A DNA stretch of 64,000 bases from assembly GCA_963667015.2 (NCBI GenBank), contig CAXXJJ010000001.1, positions 320,001 through 384,000 of the forward strand, in the 5' to 3' direction. A program made the translations under genes and the position numbers. Positions within the stretch are counted from its first letter, which is position 1; every line of letters begins with the position of its first letter. The stretch is from Desulfatiglandales bacterium. Lineage in GTDB: Bacteria > Desulfobacterota > DSM-4660 > Desulfatiglandales > HGW-15. The notes under the pieces are model-generated. The model had not been told where the DNA came from, searched no databases, and worked only from the letters and a program-made list of their open reading frames with translations. This document shows, piece by piece, positions 41,280 to 50,248 of this stretch.

Positions 41280-41406
41280 AATTAAATAATTTATATCTCA
41301 TTGATATTATGGTATATTTCATGGCACTCTTCATTGACATACCCATTTACAGGTGTTAACTTAACACTATTTAGGTTAACAGGTTAACAGCCCTTAACAC
41401 AGGGAG

Positions 41407-42771
41407 ATGCCCATGAATTTTGAAAAATACTGGAAGACAATCGTTGATACCCTTCATGACGGTTTAATGGTGGTTGATGATGAGGGAAAAATACGGCTTG
41501 TAAATTCTGCGGCAGAGAAACTTACCGGCTACTCTGCCGAAGAACTAATCGGTAAATCATGCACCGTGCTAAACTGTACCGGCTGCAAGGTTATCGGCAA
41601 AGGACCGGGAACGGAATACTGCAGGCTTTTTACTATTGGCAAGATGAGAGATAAAAAATGCCTGATAACCACCAAGGACCGGCGAACAACCCATATCCTT
41701 AAAAGTGCCTGTATGCTGCAGGACGAAAAGGGCAATATCATCGGTGCGGTGGAGACACTAACCGACATGTCAGAGGTTATCCGCAAACAGAACGAGATCC
41801 AGGAATTACGCAAGACCTTTCATCTTGATGACGGCTATCACGGCATGCTCGGGAAATCCGATATCATGCGTAACCTCTTCGAGCTGATTGAAAATGTTGC
41901 CCAGTCAGAGGCGCCTGTCATGATCCTTGGGCCCAGCGGAGCAGGCAAGGAATTGGTTGCCAGGGCAATCCACGAGGCAAGCCCCCGGAGCAATATGCCC
42001 TTTATAAAGGTTAACTGTGCGGCCCTGAATGAAAACCTGCTTGAAAGCGAACTTTTCGGACATGTAAAGGGGGCATTTACAGGTGCAGACCGCGACAGGG
42101 AAGGTCGCTTTGAGGCTGCACACGGAGGAACAATATTTCTGGATGAAATCGGGGATGTTCCCCTGTCCACCCAGGTAAAGCTTTTAAGGATACTGGAGGA
42201 TAAAAAAGTGGAACGGGTTGGCGACAATAAACCCATTTCCATTGATGTAAGGATAGTGACTGCCACCAATAAAAATCTTGAAGAAATGGTATCCGAAGGA
42301 CAGTTTCGTGAAGACCTGTTCTTCAGGATAAATGTCTTTCCCCTTTTCAGTCCCGCACTTACCGAGCGCAGGGAGGATATCCCGCTGATAGTGCAGAGTT
42401 TTATAAAACGGATCGATCCGAAACAGGGGAAAAGGATACTGGGCTGTACCCCGGAGGCCATGGAAAAACTTACATCCTACTCATGGCCCGGTAATATCAG
42501 GGAACTCAGAAACGCTGTTGAGTATGCGTCCGTGCTCTGTCCTGGCGGGGCCATAGATGTGCATCATCTGCCGGTAAAGGTTAAACAGCAGGGCAGCAGA
42601 ATGGAAAAAGGTGCTGTTAAAAAGCCGCTCAATGAGTCACAGGATAAGGAAAACCTGGTTACTGCCCTTAAAAAGGCGGAAGGCAATCAATCGGAGGCCG
42701 CCAGGATACTGGGCGTAAGCCGTGTCACTGTATGGAAAAAGATGAAGAAGTACGGGATAGATTCCAATTAG
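41407..42771 (+). CDS. PAS-domain sigma54-dependent transcriptional activator
   Basis: [31 protein letters not shown], Fis-type HTH. Confidence 0.95.
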   Translation: MPMNFEKYWKTIVDTLHDGLMVVDDEGKIRLVNSAAEKLTGYSAEELIGKSCTVLNCTGCKVIGKGPGTEYCRLFTIGKMRDKKCLITTKDRRTTHILKSACMLQDEKGNIIGAVETLTDMSEVIRKQNEIQELRKTFHLDDGYHGMLGKSDIMRNLFELIENVAQSEAPVMILGPSGAGKELVARAIHEASPRSNMPFIKVNCAALNENLLESELFGHVKGAFTGADRDREGRFEAAHGGTIFLDEIGDVPLSTQVKLLRILEDKKVERVGDNKPISIDVRIVTATNKNLEEMVSEGQFREDLFFRINVFPLFSPALTERREDIPLIVQSFIKRIDPKQGKRILGCTPEAMEKLTSYSWPGNIRELRNAVEYASVLCPGGAIDVHHLPVKVKQQGSRMEKGAVKKPLNESQDKENLVTALKKAEGNQSEAARILGVSRVTVWKKMKKYGIDSN

Positions 42772-42785
42772 AGAACAAAAAAGAA

Positions 42786-42926
42786 ATGTCCGGGCAGAAA
42801 AACACTTATCAGGAATATGCGCCTTCTTGGAGTTTGCAGCCTTTTTTAAATTGCTTCTGGTCCTATTCCGCAGATTTTTCACTGGAAAGCAAGGATAACA
42901 AAAACACGTTATCTTCAGAAAAATAA
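42786..42926 (+). pseudogene. 5' stub of an AraC-family regulator (DUF6597-like N-terminus)
   Basis: YQEYAPSWSLQPFLNCFWS then premature end. Confidence 0.45.
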
Positions 42927-42955
42927 TCAATTTATAATATTTTAAGGAGGCAGAC

Positions 42956-43282
42956 ATGATTGCTTATTGTGGTATGGATTGTGAAAAATGCGAGTGCTAT
43001 GTGGCGACAAAGGAAAACGATGATGCATTAAGGGCAGAAGTTGCAGAAAAATGGAGCAGAAAATATAACGCAGACATTAAATCTGAACAGATCAACTGTT
43101 CAGGATGTAAATCCAAAGGTATCAAATTTTACTTTACTGAAACCGTTTGCCCGATACGAAAATGCAACATTGAAAAGAATACACCTCACTGTGCAGGATG
43201 CGAACAGTACAGATGTGAGACGCTGGACAGTTTTATTTCAATGGCACCGGAAATTGGTGAGGCCCTTGAAAAATTAAGGTGA
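42956..43282 (+). CDS. DUF3795-family Cys-rich protein
   Basis: IAYCGMDCEKC..CSGCK..CPIRKC..CAGC..C. Confidence 0.85.
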   Translation: MIAYCGMDCEKCECYVATKENDDALRAEVAEKWSRKYNADIKSEQINCSGCKSKGIKFYFTETVCPIRKCNIEKNTPHCAGCEQYRCETLDSFISMAPEIGEALEKLR

Positions 43283-43283
43283 T

Positions 43284-43578
43284 ATGAAAACAATGTCATT
43301 TAAATGGGATAGCAGGAAGGCAGAGGAAAATCTTGAAAAGCATAATATATCCTTTGAAGAAGCCAAAACAGTTTTCTCTGACCCAAATGCACGAATGATA
43401 TTTGATACAGAGCATTCCGGAGATGAAGAACGATTTATTATTCTTGGAATCAGCTCTGCCCTTAGATTGCTGGTTGTGTGTCATTGTTATAGAGAAAATG
43501 ACATGATCAATAAGGATAATTTCTGCTCGTAAAGCAACCAGGAAAGAGCAGAAACAGTATGGGAGTTTTTTGTCATGA
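43284..43578 (+). pseudogene. brnT: BrnT-family toxin with +1 frameshift near 43505-43512
   Basis: FKWDSRKAEENLEKHNISFEEAKTVF..EERF; conserved IRIISARKAT tail lies in the +1 frame ending in ATGA overlap with the antitoxin. Confidence 0.8.
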
Positions 43579-43787
43579 AAAAAGAATACGATTTCTCAAA
43601 ATCAGTAAAAAATCCTTATGCCAAACACCTTAAGAAGCAGGTAACTCTGAGGCTTAACGTTGATGTGGTGGAATATTTTAAAAAACAATCTGAGGAAACC
43701 GGGGTTCCCTATCAGAATCTAATTAATCTTTATTTACAGGATTGTGCTCATTCTCAAAAGAAACTGAAATTGAATTGGGTATCTTAA
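43575..43787 (+). CDS. brnA: BrnA-family antitoxin
   Basis: MKKEYDFSK..NPYAK..VTLRL..YFK..PYQNLINLYL. Confidence 0.88.
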   Translation: MKKEYDFSKSVKNPYAKHLKKQVTLRLNVDVVEYFKKQSEETGVPYQNLINLYLQDCAHSQKKLKLNWVS

Positions 43788-43981
43788 CCATCCATTAGAG
43801 AAACAGGGCATTCATGCTGTGCGGGCATTAATCCCCAATCATTTTGAGTGACATATCCTGATTCGAAGTAGTGTAGAGACAGGTTTTAAACCTTTCTCAA
43901 AGATAAAGGCATCAATTAAAAATCTCAAATATCCTGCAATCCTTTAAATCCTGTCCAAACAAAAGCCAAATCCATAATCTG

Positions 43982-44010
43982 TTGACATCCATAAGGCCCT
44001 GAACCATAAT
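43982..44010 (+). promoter_or_regulatory. Putative cassette promoter (Pc-like), sigma70
   Basis: TTGACA-17 bp-CATAAT pointing into the array; a second TATACT box at 44151. Confidence 0.65.
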
Positions 44011-44160
44011 GAAAAATCAGTGTATCTTCCGACTTAGTTTTCTTTATGAGCAATTATAAAGCCAAAATAAACACATATTTTTTATAAAAGTTTTTCCATA
44101 AAATTATATGTTTTATTAATTAATATTGTTAACAATTAACCTAAACATTCTATACTATGA

Positions 44161-44211
44161 GGAATCCCGTTTTACCCTACAAAACGAGAATCCCCATAAT
44201 ATCTGTTAGAC
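44161..44211 (+). other. Putative attI-like site
   Basis: Core GTTAGAC at 44205 complementary to GTCTAAC of attC1; not preceded by an attC hairpin; GAATCCC direct repeats upstream. Confidence 0.6.
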
Positions 44212-44226
44212 CAAGAGGTATCGAAA

Positions 44227-44718
44227 ATGTCTAATGCAATTTTCTATTATTACCTAGACGCATCTGCATTGATAAAGTTAGTTGTTGATGAGCCTGGATC
44301 GAAGAGCATTCATAATTACTATAATTCAACTCCGAATGCATGTATTACATTGATTTCTTTCATTGAATCATTAGGTGTCTTAAAACGAAAGTGGAAAGGG
44401 CAATGGGATAAACCAGATTATCATAAGGCAGTTGAGGATTTGCTAATTATGATTTATGGAGGTAAGCCCGAAGTCGATAACATGACATTAGCTGATCCTG
44501 CTACATTCAAAAATGTAAGTAAGATGGCAAAACAATATAATCTTGACTTTGCTGATGCTTTACAATTATTCGCTATATTAAAAGGTAAATATTCACAATT
44601 TAACTTGGGTTCACAGACTAGATTTGTATCAGCAGATAAAGGGCTAGTAAAAGCTGCTCGTGATCAAGGTGTTTTAACTTGGCTATGTACAAAAAATACA
44701 GATCCTAAATGGGTCTAA
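44227..44718 (+). CDS. Cassette 1: PIN-domain (VapC-like) nuclease
   Basis: YYLDASALIKL..E..E, DFADALQL, FVSADKGL. Confidence 0.85.
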   Translation: MSNAIFYYYLDASALIKLVVDEPGSKSIHNYYNSTPNACITLISFIESLGVLKRKWKGQWDKPDYHKAVEDLLIMIYGGKPEVDNMTLADPATFKNVSKMAKQYNLDFADALQLFAILKGKYSQFNLGSQTRFVSADKGLVKAARDQGVLTWLCTKNTDPKWV

Positions 44719-44775
44719 CAAAAGTTTCAACGCCGACAAGGCGTTCCGCCTTGCCGGTTAAACTTGGCGTTAAGA
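44713..44775 (+). other. attC1
   Basis: GTCTAAC..GTTAAGA, imperfect palindrome, 63 bp. Confidence 0.9.
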
Positions 44776-44780
44776 ATAAA

Positions 44781-45131
44781 ATGAGAACTAAATTTATTAT
44801 CTTATCTATTTCTATATTATTGTTAATTGGGTGTACAAGTATCGGCAAAATCGTTGAAGGCCATATGGTTAACAATATAAATGGTGAAAAGATACAACTT
44901 ACTCAGGATCAATTAAAAAGTCTTAATTCTATTATTGAAGACTCGAATAGAGTTTTAGAAAAAAAATTGCAGGTTGGTAACTGGATAGTTGTAAAAAATT
45001 CAAACGGCAAAAATGTAACAATATTTTCATACAGTGATCGATTTTTCTGTGTTGACGATTCAAGTTATTGTTACAAAGTAAAAGAAAAAGATCTTGGTAA
45101 ATTTACAACTGTATTTGGATCACAACCTTAA
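44781..45131 (+). CDS. Cassette 2: hypothetical lipoprotein
   Basis: MRTKFIILSISILLLIGC lipobox; starts after attC1. Confidence 0.75.
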   Translation: MRTKFIILSISILLLIGCTSIGKIVEGHMVNNINGEKIQLTQDQLKSLNSIIEDSNRVLEKKLQVGNWIVVKNSNGKNVTIFSYSDRFFCVDDSSYCYKVKEKDLGKFTTVFGSQP

Positions 45132-45137
45132 AAATAT

Positions 45138-45267
45138 TCTTAACGATGCAGTCAAGAGCGACCGGGCTATTTTTTCGCCTTTTTTAATGTCTGGTAATTG
45201 GCAACCTTTCTCGCCATAAATGAGTGAGTTGGCTTGCATCGCCCGGCCCCTTACCGCCACGTTAAAA
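45138..45267 (+). other. attC2 (long type)
   Basis: TCTTAAC..GACCGGGC..GCCCGGC..GTTAAAA. Confidence 0.88.
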
Positions 45268-45316
45268 GCTGAAAAGGGATGGGTGAAAAATGGTATTTGG
45301 TAAAAATGCCAGTGGT

Positions 45317-45466
45317 GATGGACTCGCAAAAAGTCGAATAATCGTTATAACCCAAAAAATCGAGTCTCCTATTTGCCTCAGAATCGACGATTACATGATT
45401 AGACATGGGTTAAAGGCCATCAAAATAGTATTCTTTTTGCTGACGCTGACTTTTTGCGAGATCATC
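45317..45466. mobile_element. 150-bp MITE with 19-bp terminal inverted repeats and 6-bp target duplication
   Basis: GATGGACTCGCAAAAAGTC / GACTTTTTGCGAGATCATC (17/19), flanked by AGTGGT direct repeats. Confidence 0.85.
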
Positions 45467-45646
45467 AGTGGTAGCATATTTACCAAATGGCAGTATTAAA
45501 ATAAAATTCTGGGCTGAATTGATGTCTATTTACAAAAATTGGCAATCTTGCCAAAAGTTGAAAATAGAAAATAAGAATCAAAATATTGTTGTAATAATAA
45601 CTGGTTATCAAAAATACAAGGTCGGTAAATAGCGGGCAAAATCGGC

Positions 45647-45734
45647 TTTTAACCTGTCGCGTCACAAGACCACGAGGGGCTTCTTTCAATTTTTGCTGAG
45701 CATCTCGGCGTGGCTTGTGAGCTGGCCGTTATGC
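45647..45734 (+). other. attC3 (closes ORF-less cassette 3)
   Basis: TTTTAAC..TCACAAG..CTTGTGA..GTTATGC. Confidence 0.85.
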
Positions 45735-45780
45735 ATCCCAACGGGTAGAGAAACAGTGAACATCTATCAAGGTAATTTAA

Positions 45781-46644
45781 ATGACGATTGAAATAGACAG
45801 CCTTTATCAGCTTACACCTGTTGAGTTTGAGAAACTTTGTGCCGCGATACTGAAGGCTCAGGGACTCGAGCGTGTTGAACTTGTGGGTGGGCCTGGTGAT
45901 CAAGGTGTTGACATAATTGGAGAGGCCGAGGGGCAACAAGTTGCGGTTCAAGTTAAACATACGCGACAATTGTCTGTCTCAATGGTCCGGAGAATTATCG
46001 ATCAAGTTCAGTCAAGCTCATATAAGCCGAAACAGCTTATTATAATGTCCTCCGCCAATCTCACCCCTTCACTTAGAAATTCAATTCAAGAATTACCGAA
46101 AAACTTGAACATCAGGCTCATCGACCAGAATGAAATCCTAAAAGTTCTAAATGATCATCCTGAGATCCAGCGTTTACAAGTTGCGCCAGCACAGCGACGA
46201 ACCATTCGACAACGTTGGGAACTGCTATTTGGGATAGCCGCTGCATTATCATCAATTTTAGGATTGTTGTTTTCTGGGATATCATTTTTCGTACAACCCG
46301 AAAAGCCACAACTCCAAGAACGCATTGAAACTGTAGAACGAGCGATTGGAAGCTTAAAAGATCTTGAAAAGCAGTTGATAAACATAAAGGGAGACATGGT
46401 TGAAACTGAAAAGGCAAAAAAAGTCATTGAGGAAGAGTACGCTAAAGCAAAGGAACTTGAAAAACTGACACATGAACAGTTTGAAGCGGTCAAGAGTGCT
46501 TTACGAACTCAGTCATGGCAGAAAACAGCGTTCAACTACCTGCTTGGCTTTGTTCTCGGTATCGCTTCATCATTGATTGCAAGTGTCATTTATTCGCGAA
46601 TCCGTCAGCATCAAGCACTAAGAGAAGATAGCAATTCTGCATAA
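45781..46644 (+). CDS. Cassette 4: Mrr-like restriction endonuclease domain plus two TM helices flanking a coiled coil
   Basis: FEKLCAAIL..GGPGDQGVDII..AVQVK; hydrophobic segments around a coiled coil. Confidence 0.8.
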   Translation: MTIEIDSLYQLTPVEFEKLCAAILKAQGLERVELVGGPGDQGVDIIGEAEGQQVAVQVKHTRQLSVSMVRRIIDQVQSSSYKPKQLIIMSSANLTPSLRNSIQELPKNLNIRLIDQNEILKVLNDHPEIQRLQVAPAQRRTIRQRWELLFGIAAALSSILGLLFSGISFFVQPEKPQLQERIETVERAIGSLKDLEKQLINIKGDMVETEKAKKVIEEEYAKAKELEKLTHEQFEAVKSALRTQSWQKTAFNYLLGFVLGIASSLIASVIYSRIRQHQALREDSNSA

Positions 46645-46700
46645 CCACAGCATTAAGGGCGACGGCAAAAAGCCGCCGCGCCTTATGCTGAACGTTGTAC
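46639..46700 (+). other. attC4 (short type)
   Basis: GCATAAC..CATTAAGGGCGACGGC..GCCGCCGCGCCTTATG..GTTGTAC. Confidence 0.92.
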
Positions 46701-46731
46701 TTCAATATGTAACAAGGCAAAAGGAGGTACT

Positions 46732-47043
46732 ATGAATTATATAAATCCAAATCAAGTTATTAGTCCCCAAGAATATATTTCAAATATAAGGATTTTACAT
46801 GATGGGGGAAACGACTCATTTTCATTGGCAAGAGTTGAATGGGAAGGTGAGGATTGTTTTGCTATAAGGTGGAATATTGCAAGAAGAGAATGGGACGATC
46901 CTGAAAAACAAATTGACAGAAAGCAATGTATTGGGATGCCTTCTTCTCATGGTTACCCTATTTGGTTTATTCTCCCAGAGGAATTAATTGATCAGGATTC
47001 TGAAATTTGGAGAATCATCAATGAGCAAAGATCGAAGGGATAA
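46732..47043 (+). CDS. Cassette 5: hypothetical protein
   Basis: AGGAGG RBS; ORF bounded by attC4 and attC5. Confidence 0.75.
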   Translation: MNYINPNQVISPQEYISNIRILHDGGNDSFSLARVEWEGEDCFAIRWNIARREWDDPEKQIDRKQCIGMPSSHGYPIWFILPEELIDQDSEIWRIINEQRSKG

Positions 47044-47050
47044 AAGCAAC

Positions 47051-47176
47051 GTACAACCTGTCATTCAACAAGACGTGCTATTATATCGCCGAATCGGGCT
47101 TACAAGGTTTGCGAAATTTATACTTTTAATAATCTTCAGTGGCAGATTGCCGCACGCGTGTTAATTTTTCGTTGGG
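47051..47176 (+). other. attC5, core interrupted by group II intron (GTTGGG|C)
   Basis: GTACAAC..GACGTGC..GCACGC..GTTGGG then intron. Confidence 0.85.
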
Positions 47177-49433
47177 GGGCGACACGATGTCGCCTGATTG
47201 AGTGTACTGAGGGATAATCCCTTGAGTACTCGGTATGTTCCTACCGATTCCCTACGCGGGCATGCTACTGTTGCGCTGCATGACAGGGTGTGAAGCCCCG
47301 CTGACAAAGTACCGAAACGGGTTTGAATGGTGACAGGAGAACCCATCGGAGAATCCTCCTCCGTTAAGGGCTAGGGACGGATGATATGGTGAAATTAATT
47401 GAATGTCTGTAAGCGTCGTAACTAAGTGCGGACCTACTGAGGATTAATAGGTCTAAGACCGCACCCCTGTGTGTGCGGTGAGTGGTCAGGTTGCAGGTCT
47501 CGTAACTGCCTGCACGGAACTGTTTGACCACCGGCGTAGAGGGCGCACCTAAGTCATCCAAAGGATCAATTGGGTGGAACGTGGTAACCCCGTCCCTCCG
47601 CCTGTAGCAATTACAGGCAAGTGAAACCGTAAGGCACACCGTTGGAGTGGCGGGTGAGAGAGGTTGGAAGAAGCAAATGCCTCCGGGAAAGCCGGGGGAT
47701 AGAGCATGAAACATGGCTTATCGCTGAAAGCGTGAACATCCGTTCCGTTGAGAAGGCGTGCAGACGTCCAACTGGTGTCTCGTTGCGAGAGAATCCGGAG
47801 AACTTTTAAAGATGGGAAAGCAAAAGATAGCCATAAGAGCTAGTGCGCCTGTCGACGACGCAAAGAAATGGAATTCCATAGACTGGAAATATATGAGGCG
47901 TCAGGTCAGAAAGCTACAGATGCGTATCGCAAAGGCTGTGCAAGAAGGTAAATGGAACAAAGTAAAAGTATTACAGTATCTATTAACCCGCTCGTTCTAC
48001 GCCAAGCTGTTGGCTGTGAAACGGGTGACGACAAACAAAGGTAAAAATACTCCCGGCGTGGATGGTGTCCTGTGGAAGGGTGCCGGAAGAAAATGGCGGG
48101 AGGCATTAAACCTTAAGCGACGTGGATACAGGCCGCAACCTCTTCGGAGGATTTATATACCAAAGAAGAACGGAAAGAAAAGACCCTTATCAATACCCAC
48201 AATGCATGACAGGGCAATGCAGGCGTTATACAAGCTTGCACTGGCTCCGGTGGCAGAAACTACAGCAGACCGAAACTCATATGGATTTAGGGAGGGGCGG
48301 AGCTGTGCAGATGCCATTGCTGCCGCTTTTAATGCCCTGAACAAGCCAAACTCTGCAACGTGGGTATTGGAGCTGGACATACTCGGACATTACGATAATA
48401 TCGCAAAGGAATGGATTCTTGAAAATATTCCAATGGATAAAGAAGTGCTTCGGAAATGGCTTGAGGCTGGTTACATTGAAAATAACAAAATGTACTCGTC
48501 CCGCAAAGGGGTTCCGCAGGGAGGAATAATTAGTCCAACGCTGGCAAACATGGCTCTGGATGGACTGGAAGAAGTTATTAGAAAATCAGTCCCCAGAAGA
48601 TCTCGCGTAAACTTCATTAGATATGCCGATGATGGTGTAGTTACAGGCAAATCAAAGAAGATACTGGAAGAAAATGTAATGCCAGCCATAATACAGCTCC
48701 TTGCGGAACGTGGTCTGGAACTCTCAAAAGAGAAAACCTTTATTACTTACATAAAGGACGGGTTTACGTTCCTCGGGCAAAGTTTCAAAAAGCATGGCAG
48801 AGTATTACACATTACGCCATCTAAGGAGGGAGTTCTCGCCCTCAAACTGAAACTGGGAACATTGATCCGCAAACACGTCGGTGCACCGATGCCGGTCCTG
48901 ATCAAGAAGCTGAATGACGCGCTTCGAGGTTGGGGCAACTACCATAAACATATAGTGGCATCGGAAGCTTTTGATCATGTTGACAAGTATGTATATGATC
49001 GATTATGGAAAATGCTTAAACGCAGACACAGAAAGAAATCCACAGAATGGCTAAAGGTAAATTACTGGTCAGCCGGTGGAAATAAAGTTGTGTTTGCGGT
49101 AAAAGCCAAAACAAAGAAAGAACCCAAAAAGATTTACAAGGTCTTTCGAGTCAGTTCCATTAAGATCAGAAGATACGTCAAAATCAAAGCTGATGCAAAT
49201 CCTTATTTGCCGGAATATGCATACTATTATTATAGAAGAAGGCATGATAAGGAAAGTAAGCTGCTTGGGGCCAGGAGTTCAAGAGAGTATCTGGCACTAA
49301 AAGCAGCCAAATGTTAACACAGCCGGGCCACCCAATAAGGGTTGCCTTTGAGATGCTTGAGCCGTCGGATTGGAAACTTTCCCGCTCGGTTCTTAGGGGG
49401 CGATGGGGTGGTAACACCCCTGACCTACCCGAT
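47177..49433 (+). mobile_element. Group II intron (IIB-like, not IIC), sense orientation in the cassette core site
   Basis: 5' GGGCG; domain V GAGCCG..GAAA..CGGTTC 49359-49392; domain VI ending CCTACCCGAT; removal restores GTTGGGCGA complementary to TCGCCCAAC of attC6. Confidence 0.9.
47812..49317 (+). CDS. Group II intron reverse transcriptase/maturase (RVT_N, RT, X; no HNH endonuclease)
   Basis: WNSIDW..VRKLQMRIAKA, TPGVDG, RPLSIPTMHDRAMQ, PQGGIISP, RYADD, GFTFLG, RGWGNY. Confidence 0.95.
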   Translation: MGKQKIAIRASAPVDDAKKWNSIDWKYMRRQVRKLQMRIAKAVQEGKWNKVKVLQYLLTRSFYAKLLAVKRVTTNKGKNTPGVDGVLWKGAGRKWREALNLKRRGYRPQPLRRIYIPKKNGKKRPLSIPTMHDRAMQALYKLALAPVAETTADRNSYGFREGRSCADAIAAAFNALNKPNSATWVLELDILGHYDNIAKEWILENIPMDKEVLRKWLEAGYIENNKMYSSRKGVPQGGIISPTLANMALDGLEEVIRKSVPRRSRVNFIRYADDGVVTGKSKKILEENVMPAIIQLLAERGLELSKEKTFITYIKDGFTFLGQSFKKHGRVLHITPSKEGVLALKLKLGTLIRKHVGAPMPVLIKKLNDALRGWGNYHKHIVASEAFDHVDKYVYDRLWKMLKRRHRKKSTEWLKVNYWSAGGNKVVFAVKAKTKKEPKKIYKVFRVSSIKIRRYVKIKADANPYLPEYAYYYYRRRHDKESKLLGARSSREYLALKAAKC

Positions 49434-49463
49434 CGAATAGATAAAAATGGAGGTTTGTAAAAT

Positions 49464-50243
49464 ATGTCACTTACATCAAGTCGCTATGATATATTTTTGA
49501 GCTACACTCATCGGGATACAGAAACTCTTACCAGTCAAATCGGCCATATTCTTGATCGTCGCGGTCTGAAAGTCTTCTTAGATGACATAGAAATACTGCC
49601 CGGTGATGTTATTATGGAGCATATAACAGATGCAGTACACGATTGCAGATATTTTGTTGCAATTATTTCCCCAGCGTATTCAGAATCAGGTTGGTGTAAA
49701 CACGAGATGTTACATATGCTGGTCAATGAGGCAAACCGAAATCAAGTCGGTATTTTACCGTTTAGAATTGATGATGCTGAAGTTCCAAGACTTCTTGCTA
49801 CTCGAAAATATGGGCGGTATGCCAATGACTTGGAAAGTGCTGAGCAAATAGCCAAGACAATCCTCAGAATAGTCGAAAGGGATTACTCTGATTCGCCAGT
49901 AATTCGTTCTGCTGTGAATGTGCCAGTATGGTTGGAACGGATGTGTCAGTTAGCATCACTTGCCCGTAGATGCACCTCTCATCTAATACGTGGAGATCAA
50001 TCAGAAGATTATAACGCGAAGATGGAGGAAATATATTACGAGATTGCCAAGATACGAACTGAATATACTGCTCAAATTGGAAACGATTATTATGATGTAT
50101 TTGAACAATTGCAAAATGGAGTTTGCAGGGGAGCGAGGTCCCCTGAAGAAGAAAGAGAAAGGATTGAGCGCACTCATCGAGAAATTGTTGAGATGACACA
50201 AAAAAAATATGGGGTTGATAAAAACATCTGGAATTCAGAGTGA
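49464..50243 (+). CDS. Cassette 6: TIR-domain protein
   Basis: YDIFLSYTHRD, VFLD, IISPAYSESGWCKHE, ILP. Confidence 0.88.
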   Translation: MSLTSSRYDIFLSYTHRDTETLTSQIGHILDRRGLKVFLDDIEILPGDVIMEHITDAVHDCRYFVAIISPAYSESGWCKHEMLHMLVNEANRNQVGILPFRIDDAEVPRLLATRKYGRYANDLESAEQIAKTILRIVERDYSDSPVIRSAVNVPVWLERMCQLASLARRCTSHLIRGDQSEDYNAKMEEIYYEIAKIRTEYTAQIGNDYYDVFEQLQNGVCRGARSPEEERERIERTHREIVEMTQKKYGVDKNIWNSE

Positions 50244-50248
50244 CCATC

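Noticed and set aside
43790..44200. Integron integrase gene
   Set aside because: No ORF or tyrosine recombinase motifs on either strand
44709..44780. N-terminal extensions of cassette ORFs (also 50240 and 52850 starts)
   Set aside because: They run through attC sites; downstream ATGs fit the cassette boundaries better
45290..45499. 69-aa ORF in cassette 3
   Set aside because: Mostly MITE sequence, no recognisable protein features
47812..49317. RT as a DGR, retron or CRISPR-associated RT acting on the FGE gene
   Set aside because: It has a maturase X domain and flanking domain V/VI RNA, typical of a group II intron; no template repeat or avd seen
47177..49433. Classical IIC-attC intron
   Set aside because: Sense orientation, insertion in the GTT core rather than the inverse core, AGC triad and RVT_N-type protein do not fit IIC
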